Shown: positions 32,091-41,620 of the stretch, one piece after another
Position numbering within the stretch: the first letter of the stretch is position 1
Layout of the letters: every line of letters begins with the position of its first letter
From: Bacteroidota bacterium
Lineage (GTDB): Bacteria; Bacteroidota; Bacteroidia; NS11-12g; UBA955
Direction of reading: 5' to 3'
DNA length: 64,000 bases
Assembly (NCBI GenBank): GCA_013205405.1
Contig: JABMMZ010000078.1
Coordinates: forward strand, 2,616 to 66,615
Notes under the pieces: generated by a model
What the model saw: the letters and a program-made list of their open reading frames with translations, nothing else
The model's database searches: none
Told to the model about the DNA's origin: nothing
Translations under genes and position numbers: made by a program

Positions 32091-32126
32091 AAAAAAAGCC
32101 GTTCAGAATATCTGAACGGCTTTTTT
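32091..32126. terminator. Rho-independent terminator downstream of the 32144..32953 gene
   Basis: A7-gccgttcaga-ata-tctgaacggc-T6, perfect 10-bp stem. Confidence 0.85.
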
Positions 32127-32143
32127 AATTACTTTTTAAAATA

Positions 32144-32953
32144 TTAGTTTACTCTTGCAGCATTGACAAAAGTAAATTTAGAACCTACTTTCTTCCAAAT
32201 CATGATAGCTACTTTTACGTTAGCTTTTTCCCATGTTGAAGGAGCTGTAAATGTAAAATCAGTTACATTTGTTTGAGATCCTGCAGTTACAGCACCAGTG
32301 TATGGCATGCCATAAACACCAGCACTCATAGAACCTCTGCAAACATTATGATGTTCAACAGTACCTGTTTGGCTAGCTTGGATACTTTTTGCTTTATCTT
32401 CTATCATGTAAGCACCAACATAAAAATCACCAGTTTGAGCTTTAAAAGCTTTAACAGCTGCTTTTACAGTTAATTTCTGACCATCCCAAGTTGCTTTACC
32501 AGCTGCAGACATTTCTACTGGAGCAGCAGCAAATGCATCAACAGCAGCAATAGCGTCTATTTTTGTTTGAGTTGGGTTGATAGAACTTGGTGAAGGGAAT
32601 ACAGTTTTATTAACACCATTTACAGTAAAATTTGGATAGCTTTGTCCACCAAAATCAGTAAACCATAAATTAACAGTACTGTTAGTGAAATTACTGGTAG
32701 AACTTCCGTAAATACCCATATGAATTGCTTTAGACTCAACTGCAGCAATAATTTCATCATGCAATGTCCAACCCCAAGCACCACAAGGACCGCACCATGT
32801 TGCTGTTAATTTACCGTATATTGGCGTATTAACTTCAGCTACTACTAAAGCAGAATCACCTGTGTTTGTTTTAGGAGCGTCTTCTTTCTTTTTACAATTT
32901 GTTAGTAACAGTGCACTAGCAAGTACTAAGCTTAACAGTTTAATTTTTTTCAT
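32144..32953 (-). CDS. Lipoprotein with WCGPC (thioredoxin-like CxxC) motif; paralogue of the domain in the upstream T9SS cargo
   Basis: Lipoprotein signal (LLLTNCKKK). GKLTATWCGPCGAWGWTLHDEI and HHNVCRGSMSAGVYG shared with 29739..31946. Confidence 0.7.
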   Translation of the reverse strand: MKKIKLLSLVLASALLLTNCKKKEDAPKTNTGDSALVVAEVNTPIYGKLTATWCGPCGAWGWTLHDEIIAAVESKAIHMGIYGSSTSNFTNSTVNLWFTDFGGQSYPNFTVNGVNKTVFPSPSSINPTQTKIDAIAAVDAFAAAPVEMSAAGKATWDGQKLTVKAAVKAFKAQTGDFYVGAYMIEDKAKSIQASQTGTVEHHNVCRGSMSAGVYGMPYTGAVTAGSQTNVTDFTFTAPSTWEKANVKVAIMIWKKVGSKFTFVNAARVN

Positions 32954-33059
32954 TTTTTATTTAATATTTACTTTTACAAAAGTATAAAATTAATTAACAA
33001 TTCCAAATATTAATTATAAAAAATTACAATTAAACTACATTTCTTTATATTTTTGCGTT

Positions 33060-33869
33060 GTGTACTGCCGTAAAATAATATTCATTCTTATGATAATGCT
33101 TCATTTTGAGAGCTTTTGTCAAAAAAATAGTTTTAGCTATTGCACAGGCATTGGTTTTAATATAAATAAGTCGAGTGCCATTTTACCTAATTATAAAACT
33201 CAGAAATACGGTTTAGGTGAAGGAACGATATTAAATTTAAATTATTCGTATTATCCTGATAGTAGCCGCGTACTTGTTGGATTTGAGCTTCAGACTATTA
33301 TAGGTAAAAATGTTATTAAACTTCTAAGTAAAAATTCAATAGAAAACTTAAACGCAGAGGTTCGCAATGTTTCTAATCAATTAATTCTTAAAACAGGTTA
33401 CTGGTGGAAATACAAAAAAATACATTTTGAAATAAATACAGGTGTAATTTTACCTTATAACAATTATTGTTTGCATACTATCCATCAAAAAGATTCAGTA
33501 GGCAACACAATTATTAAATCTGAATTTAAACATTATTTCAGTTTAGGTTTCAATGGTAAGTTGTTGGTTGCTTATCCTATTCAAAAAAATATTTCTATTT
33601 TCACTACTTTAAATTTAAATTTATTAAATGCCAAAGTAAAAAGTAGTGAAATAAAGAGCTTTAGTAATTACAAATACGAAACTATTGAAACGGCTTTTCC
33701 GGATGTGGCAGATAGAGAAGTAAATTATTTAAAAAACATAGAAGACATAAAAAACAATGAAACTGTTTTGCCTAGATTATTTAATAAAAATATGGCTTCT
33801 GATGAGTTTAGTTATAAAGAATCATATAGTAATTGGGGACTTAGTTTTGGTTTTAAATTTTCATTTTAA
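33060..33869 (+). CDS. Hypothetical secreted/outer-membrane protein
   Basis: Signal peptide; beta-strand-rich; C-terminal FGFKFSF. Confidence 0.5.
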   Translation: MYCRKIIFILMIMLHFESFCQKNSFSYCTGIGFNINKSSAILPNYKTQKYGLGEGTILNLNYSYYPDSSRVLVGFELQTIIGKNVIKLLSKNSIENLNAEVRNVSNQLILKTGYWWKYKKIHFEINTGVILPYNNYCLHTIHQKDSVGNTIIKSEFKHYFSLGFNGKLLVAYPIQKNISIFTTLNLNLLNAKVKSSEIKSFSNYKYETIETAFPDVADREVNYLKNIEDIKNNETVLPRLFNKNMASDEFSYKESYSNWGLSFGFKFSF

Positions 33870-33875
33870 CTTTTT

Positions 33876-34472
33876 ATGGATGTAAAAAAAACCATCAGTT
33901 ATATTCTTCCTCATATTATTTCGAAAGGTAAAACAGCACTTGGCCAAAACTATGAAATAGCCTATGAGTATGGATATAAAGTATTGAACTCTGAAAATGC
34001 TAACTATAGTTTTGGCAGCTTACATCAGGTAATGCAAAAGGGCATTACAGCCATTTTAAAACATATAAAACCGACTAAAATATTACTGCTTGGATTGGGA
34101 GGCGGTAGTGCCTTGCGTATTTTTGAAAAGAAATTTAGCCATTCTTATCAAATTACAGCAATAGATATAGATAATGATATTATTACTATAGCTTTGAATC
34201 ATTTTAATCTGAATAAGTATAAAAACTTAGAAACAATAAATGCAGATGCTAGCCTTTGGATAGAAAATGCTTCTGAAAATAGTTTTGATTTAATTATTGA
34301 TGACATTTTTATGGATAGCATAATTCCAGATTTTTGTTTTAAAAAAGAGTATCTTGAAAATTGTTCTAAACTATTGATACCTAATGGCATTTATTTTCGG
34401 AATACCATGAATTTAGAAATTCTATTTCAGAAAAATATTACAACATACTTAGTTCTGTTTTTAAAAATATAG
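33876..34472 (+). CDS. Spermidine-synthase-like class I SAM-dependent methyltransferase; C-terminus apparently frameshifted (alternative frame continues to 34531)
   Basis: ILLLGLGGGSALRIF (SAM-binding glycine motif), IDIDNDII, DDIFMD. The +2 frame downstream of ~34410 encodes a plausible C-terminus (EFRNSISEKYYNILSSVFKNIELLRV...). Confidence 0.6.
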   Translation: MDVKKTISYILPHIISKGKTALGQNYEIAYEYGYKVLNSENANYSFGSLHQVMQKGITAILKHIKPTKILLLGLGGGSALRIFEKKFSHSYQITAIDIDNDIITIALNHFNLNKYKNLETINADASLWIENASENSFDLIIDDIFMDSIIPDFCFKKEYLENCSKLLIPNGIYFRNTMNLEILFQKNITTYLVLFLKI

Positions 34473-34527
34473 AATTATTGAGAGTTAAGAATTTAGACAA
34501 TTCTATTTATTTATGTAAGAATCAGGT

Positions 34528-36300
34528 TTAAGTATTTGCCAATGATGAATTGATCAATTCTGAATAATATCCATTCTTTGACAGCAATGTATCATGTGTG
34601 CCATATTCTATTATTTGCCCTTTGTTTAAAACCAAAATATTATCTGCACTTTTAATTGTAGAGAGTCTGTGAGCTATAACAATAGATGTTCGGTTAATCA
34701 GCATTTTTTTAATCGCATTTTGAATCAGTATTTCTGTGTCCGTATCTATTGAAGAAGTAGCTTCGTCCAATATTAAAACAGAGGGATTAAAAACCATTGC
34801 TCTTATAAAAGCTATTAATTGTCTTTGCCCAAGTGACAAAGTATTGCCACGTTCCATTACTTTAAAATTGAATGTATTGGGCAAAGTTTGAATAAAGTCG
34901 GATGCTCCTATTTCTTCAGTTGCTTTGTAGATAGACTCATCTGTAATTTCGTTATCATACAATCTAATATTATCTTTAATAGAACCACTAAACAAAAACA
35001 CATCTTGCAATACTACTGCTATTTTACTTCTTAAATAGGTTTGATTATAATTGGATTGTAATTCATTATCTATTAAAATAGCGCCTTCATTAATAGGATA
35101 AAGCCCACTTAATAAATTAATGATAGAAGATTTTCCAGCACCTGTGGCACCAACTATTGCGAGCGTTTGACCTGGTTCTAATTTAAAATTAATATCTTTT
35201 AAAACGTATTCTTTGTCAGTATACGCAAACCACACATTTTTAAATTCTATCTTACCAATAATTTTATTTTCGCTCAGCCCTTGTTTTTCTTGGAATTCTT
35301 TGTCATCTAATAATTTGAATATTCGATCGGCAGCCACCAATCCCATTTGAATATTATTAAACCTATCGGCTAAAATTCTGATGGGTCTAAAAAACATATT
35401 TATGTATAATATAAAAGCTGTAATCGTGCCAATATCCACTATCTCTTTTCCCACCATTGCTCGCGTTCCCCACCATACCATTAGTCCTAAGGAAATACTG
35501 GTAATTACCTCAATAACTGGAAAAAATACTGAATAATACAATACTGAATTATGATTGGCTTTATAATGTTCTTTATTAATAGATTTAAATTCATTAAAAG
35601 TATGTTGCTCTTTTCCAAACACTTGAACGAGTTGCATGCCTGTAAGGTGTTCTTGTACATAGACATTCATGTTAGAAACAGCAGTTCTAACACTTTCAAA
35701 AGCAGATTTTACTTTTATTCTAAATAAATGAGATGCATAAAAAAGAAAAGGTAATACGCTTAAGGCTACTAATGTGAGTTTCCAATCTATGGCGAGCATA
35801 AATGCTGTAATAGCTATAATTTGTAACAAATCGCCAATAATGGTAATGATGCCTTCAGCAAATAATTCTGCCACGGTTTCAATATCGCTTACCGAGCGCG
35901 TGGTCATAGTGCCTACGGGCGTTTTGTCATGGTATTTTAATCCATTATTTATAATATGTTTAAAGGTTTTTAATCGCAATATTTTTATTACCCCTTGCGC
36001 TATCCAACCCGTAATGTACTCGTTAAAAAACTGAAGAATGCCACTCACTAATATTAAAATTAAAATGAGCATTGAAATACTTATCAACCCATTTAAATCA
36101 TTATTAGCCGCATGAATATTAATTGCTTTTTCTATCAGCCATGGTCGTATAGGTGATAGAATAGCTAATAAAATAGTTGTAAAAACAGCAAACCATACTT
36201 TACTTCTGAATGGGACAGTGAGTACTAAAACTTTTTTGAGTAAGTTGAAATTAAAATTATTGCTAGTAGGAGATTTCAATGGGTTAAAAAGTAGGTGCAA
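34528..36300 (-). CDS. ABC transporter, fused permease/ATP-binding (MsbA/ABCB exporter family)
   Basis: 6-TM domain plus NBD with Walker A GATGAGKSS, signature LSLGQRQ, Walker B ILILDEATS. Confidence 0.9.
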   Translation of the reverse strand: MHLLFNPLKSPTSNNFNFNLLKKVLVLTVPFRSKVWFAVFTTILLAILSPIRPWLIEKAINIHAANNDLNGLISISMLILILILVSGILQFFNEYITGWIAQGVIKILRLKTFKHIINNGLKYHDKTPVGTMTTRSVSDIETVAELFAEGIITIIGDLLQIIAITAFMLAIDWKLTLVALSVLPFLFYASHLFRIKVKSAFESVRTAVSNMNVYVQEHLTGMQLVQVFGKEQHTFNEFKSINKEHYKANHNSVLYYSVFFPVIEVITSISLGLMVWWGTRAMVGKEIVDIGTITAFILYINMFFRPIRILADRFNNIQMGLVAADRIFKLLDDKEFQEKQGLSENKIIGKIEFKNVWFAYTDKEYVLKDINFKLEPGQTLAIVGATGAGKSSIINLLSGLYPINEGAILIDNELQSNYNQTYLRSKIAVVLQDVFLFSGSIKDNIRLYDNEITDESIYKATEEIGASDFIQTLPNTFNFKVMERGNTLSLGQRQLIAFIRAMVFNPSVLILDEATSSIDTDTEILIQNAIKKMLINRTSIVIAHRLSTIKSADNILVLNKGQIIEYGTHDTLLSKNGYYSELINSSLANT

Positions 36301-36323
36301 ATATATATGCTAATTTACAACCG

Positions 36324-39300
36324 TTATAGAATTTCTAATGTTTGTTTAACATAATGTACTTTTCCAAAAATATCTTTAACTTCTAGCGTCAGTAAATAAG
36401 AACCTTTGGGCATCATTTCGCCTGAGGGAGTTCTTCCATTAAAGTTTGTTCCAACTGAATTAGTATTAAAAATTTTAGCTCCCCAGCGATTATAAATACT
36501 AAGGTTGAAAGTTTTAATCCCTCTTCCTACGATTTTTAATTCTTCATTAAAACCATCATTATTTACCGAAATAGCATTGGGAATGTATAAGGCATAAATA
36601 TCTCTTATTTGTACAAACATTGATACTGAATCTGAACATTGATTCAATCTATTTTTTGATGTCAAAATTACCCAATAACTGCCGGTATCTTCTGCATATT
36701 TGTGAATTGGATTTAAGGTGTCTTTCTCTTTGGTTAAATCGCCAAAATCCCATTCGAAACTTGTAAAATTAGTTGATAAATTTTTGAATGTTATAACTGG
36801 ATTTAAAAAGTTAGCATTAAGTGGAGTAAATTCAAATTTTGTGCGTGGCCTAGCAATTACTTCAACATATTTATTCTTTAATAAAACAGATTTACAACCC
36901 ATAGCAGAAGTAGCTGTTAAGCTAACATCAAATTTACCAGGATAATTAAAAATATTGTTTGGTGATGTTTTAGTACTTGTATCTTTGGTGTTAAATTTCC
37001 ATAAATATTTAACAGCGCCTGTTGTTAAATTATTGAATTGAAAAAAACCAGGTTCACATACCATTGTATCAGTAGCTTTAAAATCAATAATTGGCGATTG
37101 ATTGACAACTAAGTTTACTAAATTTGTGTCATTTTCTGAACAATTATCTTTCAATACCACATTAAATATTTTAGTATTTACAGGTTTAAAATAATTGACA
37201 TAATTAAAATTTCTTACCCCATCTATGTACCATTCATATTGACTAGGAATTCCTCCACCTAGAGTTAAGCTAAGCTTTGAGGAATCGCCTGTGCAAATAG
37301 AATTTTTAGTTAAAGCGGTATTAATAGAAAGAGGTAAACGAACAATTACATTTACAATCATTGAATCGTAAGGTACTGTGCAATTGTCTTTCAATAGTAA
37401 TTTATAACTTGTAGTTACCTTTGGCGAAACCAATTGATTTAAATTAGTTCCAAGACCATTATTCCATTGGAATTGGTAATTAGCCGATTTACCCCCATTA
37501 ACAATTGGCAATAAATTAGCCGTGCCTCCAAAACAAATGGCTGTATCTTTTAATCCTGAAATTTTTAACGCAGGCAATACATTCACTAATATTGAATCAA
37601 AAGCATTATCAGAACAATTATCTTTTAAGGTTAAATAATATTTTGTTGTGCTTGAAGGAGAAACAGAATTGCTAATTGTAGAAGGCAAACTATTGGACCA
37701 TACATAACTATAATTTACTGAATTACCACCGTCAGCTAATGCATTTAAATTTACAAATGTCCCTTTACAAATTGTAGTATCATTATTCAAATTTACTTGT
37801 AAAGGATCTCTTACTGTTATAAGTATTGAATCCGCAACAGGTAAAACTGTACACCCGTCTGTTAATATAGCTTTTACCCATGTGGTATAAGATAAATTAA
37901 TACTTTTTGAATTGCCAATTCCCAAGCCATTATTCCATGTTAAAGTATAGTTTCCATTTCCTCCATTTAATGCGGAACTTATACTTGCATTTTTATTATA
38001 ACAAATTATAGAATCGGCTGTGCTTAAATTTAAACTTAAAGGATTATTGACCGTAATATTTACAAGAGCAGTATCATTTAATACGGTACAAGCATCTGAT
38101 AAAACAATTTGATAAGAAGTAGTGATAGTTGGAGAAACTAAATGGGTAGGTAAATTACTTAAACCATTCGTCCAAGTATAATCATAGTTTGTGCTTTCTC
38201 CTCCAGATGCAAAAGTATTTAAAGGCACACTTTGACCAATGCAAATTGTGGTATCTTTTGTAAGTTGTATGGCAAGTGGCGCTAGTATATCAACCAAAAT
38301 AGAATCTATTGCACTATCGGAACAATTATCTGTAAGGGTTACAAAATATTTTGTTTTACTAGTAGGTACTACAATATTTGAAGAATTTGCTGGCAAACTA
38401 TTGCTCCATTGGTATATATAATCAATCGATTTACCGCCATTTGAAATAGCATTTAGCAAAATACTTCGTCCATTACAAATAGTAGAATCATTATTTAAAT
38501 TTACTGTTAATGGATCGCTCACTGTTATAAATACTGAATCTTTACTTGGCAATACTGTACATCCATCTGTTAAAGTAGCCGATATCCATGTACTATTTGT
38601 TAATGAGATATTTTTAGAATTACCTATTCCCAATCCATGGCTCCATGAAATAGAATAATTTCCATTACCACCTTGCGCATTCGTATTCAAATTAGCTGTT
38701 TTATTATAACAAATATTGGTATCTATTGTGTTTATTTTTATTTGCAAAGGCGCTTTAACAGTTATAGTTACTGAGGCTGTATCATTTTTAGGCGTACATC
38801 CATCAGATAAAATAACTTTGTATGTAGTTGTAATGTTAGGCGAAACAGAATGAGAACTATCGTTGCTCAAACCATTATTCCAAGTATAGGTATAAGCTGC
38901 TCTTTTACCACCTATTGCCGTTGCATTTAGTAAAATAGTTTGTCCAACACATATAGAAGTATCTTTATTAATTGAAAGCTTTAAAGGATTTCTAACAGCT
39001 ACTGTTACTTGTGCAGAATCTGTAGATTGAGTACAAACATCTTTTAAAGATACTTTATATACTTTTGTACTAAGTGGAGAAACTAATATAGAATCATTAG
39101 TGGCTATGTTTTGCCATTGATATAAATAATTCTTAAAATAACCTCCAAGGCCAGTGGCAAATAGCAGTGTTGAGTTGCCATAACAAATGGTAGTATCAGA
39201 AAAGGCTTTTATTTTAATGGGCTTTTTTATGGCTTTATAAAATAGCTTAAATCCTCTACCAATAACATAGGGGTCAGAAATATGTCTTAAGGTAAACATG

Positions 39301-41552
39301 CTACCTGCAAAAGCAACTGTAGCGCCTCCATAAGGTAATGTGCTTCCAGTAAAGCCAGCTAATTTAGTTCCTCCGGGATATTTTCCTCTATAAATAATTA
39401 TACTATCATATCTAAATTCATAATCCAAATCATAAAATTTTATCTTTATGGAATCTGCTCCTGGAATACTTATTCTTAAATTAGAATTAAAGGATTGTTT
39501 ATACTTTCCTTCGCCAGCTTCATCATACACAAAAGAGTTACATTTACTAGTACTGTCATTTCCATTTAAAGGCATTAATTCGGCATTACAAATATCAAAA
39601 GTAGAATCAACAACTACATAAGCTGTTTTAGTTAAACTATCTGACCTATTTTTAAAACAACTGGCAACTACTAATTTAATGGTAAATGAGCCATAAGTAG
39701 AATAAGTATGGTTAGTGTTATAAAGACTTGAAACTACTCCATCTCCAAAATACCATTTCGCACTTTTAGCATTAGTACTAAAATTTAAGAACTTAACTAG
39801 GTTATTTTTATTGCAAACAATTGTATCTGCAATAAAATCGGCTTTAACATAGCCACTATCATATTTAGCACCTACATTGCAAGCATGCCAGGCATTAGTT
39901 ACTGCAATAACTTCTTTAGAACAATTGCCATACAAATCTGTAGCCGAACGAATAGAATAGAATCGCGCATCTGAATATTGGGAAGAAGGTGTTAGATATA
40001 CGGTAAGGTTTCTGTAAGCTATTTGCTCTGCTTTTAAAATACCCAAACTATCTACTTTGTAGCTATTGGAAGCATCATTAGTACCTGTGCCTCCTTCTGT
40101 AATTAAATAGAACCACCAATTTTGAACACCACTGTTTAAATGTACACCGCCATTATCGCCTGAGCCATAGTACCAGTTTAAACTTTTATAACATCTTGGA
40201 TGACCTTTTAATGTTGGATTTTTCATGTTTCTAAGCCCTGTTCCACTAAAGGTTATCTCCTCTCCTATTATCCAACTGTAACTGCTTGGTTTGGCATATC
40301 TTTCAACCGCATTTCCAAAAATATCAGAAAAAGATTCATTTAAAGCACCCGATTCGTAACTGTAAACTAAATTGGCTGAATTAGTGGTTACTGCATGGGC
40401 AATTTCATGACCACAAACATCAACAGAGGTAAGTGGTTTAAAAGAGCTTCCATCGCCATAAGTCATGTATAATCCGTTCCAAAATGCATTATCATAATTA
40501 CTAGAATAATGCACATAACTGGTTATTTTAGCATTATTATTATCATAACTATTTCTATTGAATCTAGCTTTAAAAAAATCAAAAGTTTTACCTGCTCCCC
40601 AATGGCAATCTGTTGCAACTTCGTCTTTTGCAGCGTTTACATTGTTCCAATTATTATCTGCATCTGTAAAATCAACTGCTGCGCCATAACTTGTTCCTGT
40701 TTTTAAATTCAAGGTAGTTACTCCATTCCCTCTGGTAGTTTCACGAAGTCTATAATTCCCTGGCGCTGTACTATCTGTAGTAATGGCTTGAGAGCCACTG
40801 TATTTAGTACTGGCTACTCCATTAACATTGGTTGTGTGTATTAAATTTTCACGTGCTACAATTTTGCCATTTTCAGCATCTATGTATATATTTTCGGCTA
40901 TCAAAGGTTTATCAGCATAAATCTTAAATTTATAAGCTAAACATAATTTAGGATTATTGTAATTTAAATCTGATGGGCAATAAACCAACTCTCCTATTGG
41001 ATACCAGGAGGCTGTGATATCATTTTTCAATTCTTTTATCGACAATTCTTCTTCGGGTACTTGCCATTTATAAATATCAGCATGAATAGAGTCCAAGGCT
41101 ATTTTCAAACAATTTTCAATAGACAAAAGTTGTTTGTTTTCATTCAAACCAATATCATAAATTTCTCCATTAAAAGAATGTAATTTATTATTTTTAAAGT
41201 GAGCAATTATGATACCTCCTAAAACAGGTACACCATTGCAAATTTGCTGAAATCTATAATGCTCAAAGCCTATTTCATCATGTTCTTTTCTAATAAGTTT
41301 AAACCCTTGATTACTTTTAAAATGATAAACCTTTTGAAGATATTTTTCAATTGTAATATCTGAAATATCCGAATGGCTTAATAAAGCATATTGAATATTC
41401 CCTGTAATATTGCTAATTCTAATTATCTCTGCATTGTGTAATTTTTTTTCTGCATTTAGTCCTTCTAATATTTGTCCGTTAGAACTAAAAATAGAAACTA
41501 AACTAAAAAAAACTAAAGTAATAAAATTATATATTTTAAATTTTTTAATCAT
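36324..41552 (-). CDS. Giant (1742 aa) secreted M4 (thermolysin-like) zinc metalloprotease fused to ~12 tandem Cys-bracketed repeats and a T9SS type B CTD
   Basis: Signal peptide and N-terminal propeptide-like region. HExxH (DVCGHEIAHAVT) followed by ESGALNESFSDIFG and DNGGVHLNSG (M4 signature). Repeats of type C.G..L.A..GG...Y.W.NGLG..S..V.P..TTY.V.L.D.C. C-terminal LYIPNAISVNNDGFNE...IYNRWGAKIFN (type B CTD). Confidence 0.85.
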   Translation of the reverse strand: MIKKFKIYNFITLVFFSLVSIFSSNGQILEGLNAEKKLHNAEIIRISNITGNIQYALLSHSDISDITIEKYLQKVYHFKSNQGFKLIRKEHDEIGFEHYRFQQICNGVPVLGGIIIAHFKNNKLHSFNGEIYDIGLNENKQLLSIENCLKIALDSIHADIYKWQVPEEELSIKELKNDITASWYPIGELVYCPSDLNYNNPKLCLAYKFKIYADKPLIAENIYIDAENGKIVARENLIHTTNVNGVASTKYSGSQAITTDSTAPGNYRLRETTRGNGVTTLNLKTGTSYGAAVDFTDADNNWNNVNAAKDEVATDCHWGAGKTFDFFKARFNRNSYDNNNAKITSYVHYSSNYDNAFWNGLYMTYGDGSSFKPLTSVDVCGHEIAHAVTTNSANLVYSYESGALNESFSDIFGNAVERYAKPSSYSWIIGEEITFSGTGLRNMKNPTLKGHPRCYKSLNWYYGSGDNGGVHLNSGVQNWWFYLITEGGTGTNDASNSYKVDSLGILKAEQIAYRNLTVYLTPSSQYSDARFYSIRSATDLYGNCSKEVIAVTNAWHACNVGAKYDSGYVKADFIADTIVCNKNNLVKFLNFSTNAKSAKWYFGDGVVSSLYNTNHTYSTYGSFTIKLVVASCFKNRSDSLTKTAYVVVDSTFDICNAELMPLNGNDSTSKCNSFVYDEAGEGKYKQSFNSNLRISIPGADSIKIKFYDLDYEFRYDSIIIYRGKYPGGTKLAGFTGSTLPYGGATVAFAGSMFTLRHISDPYVIGRGFKLFYKAIKKPIKIKAFSDTTICYGNSTLLFATGLGGYFKNYLYQWQNIATNDSILVSPLSTKVYKVSLKDVCTQSTDSAQVTVAVRNPLKLSINKDTSICVGQTILLNATAIGGKRAAYTYTWNNGLSNDSSHSVSPNITTTYKVILSDGCTPKNDTASVTITVKAPLQIKINTIDTNICYNKTANLNTNAQGGNGNYSISWSHGLGIGNSKNISLTNSTWISATLTDGCTVLPSKDSVFITVSDPLTVNLNNDSTICNGRSILLNAISNGGKSIDYIYQWSNSLPANSSNIVVPTSKTKYFVTLTDNCSDSAIDSILVDILAPLAIQLTKDTTICIGQSVPLNTFASGGESTNYDYTWTNGLSNLPTHLVSPTITTSYQIVLSDACTVLNDTALVNITVNNPLSLNLSTADSIICYNKNASISSALNGGNGNYTLTWNNGLGIGNSKSINLSYTTWVKAILTDGCTVLPVADSILITVRDPLQVNLNNDTTICKGTFVNLNALADGGNSVNYSYVWSNSLPSTISNSVSPSSTTKYYLTLKDNCSDNAFDSILVNVLPALKISGLKDTAICFGGTANLLPIVNGGKSANYQFQWNNGLGTNLNQLVSPKVTTSYKLLLKDNCTVPYDSMIVNVIVRLPLSINTALTKNSICTGDSSKLSLTLGGGIPSQYEWYIDGVRNFNYVNYFKPVNTKIFNVVLKDNCSENDTNLVNLVVNQSPIIDFKATDTMVCEPGFFQFNNLTTGAVKYLWKFNTKDTSTKTSPNNIFNYPGKFDVSLTATSAMGCKSVLLKNKYVEVIARPRTKFEFTPLNANFLNPVITFKNLSTNFTSFEWDFGDLTKEKDTLNPIHKYAEDTGSYWVILTSKNRLNQCSDSVSMFVQIRDIYALYIPNAISVNNDGFNEELKIVGRGIKTFNLSIYNRWGAKIFNTNSVGTNFNGRTPSGEMMPKGSYLLTLEVKDIFGKVHYVKQTLEIL
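37050..39230. repeat. Intragenic tandem array of ~240-bp (~80-aa) repeat units inside the giant protease gene (divergent copies)
   Basis: Protein-level periodicity of ~80 aa with conserved Cys/GG/W.NGL positions; DNA copies ~70% identical by eye. Confidence 0.6.
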
Positions 41553-41620
41553 TAATATTTTTTTGCAATTTACAATTAAAATTTGAAATTAAAAAAAATC
41601 TGAATCATTGGCCAAAATAT

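Noticed and set aside
36324-41552. Tandem repeats considered as a possible CRISPR array or mobile-element repeats.
   Set aside because: Repeats are ~240 bp, in-frame, divergent and encode protein modules. No short direct repeats with unique spacers anywhere in the window, and no cas genes.
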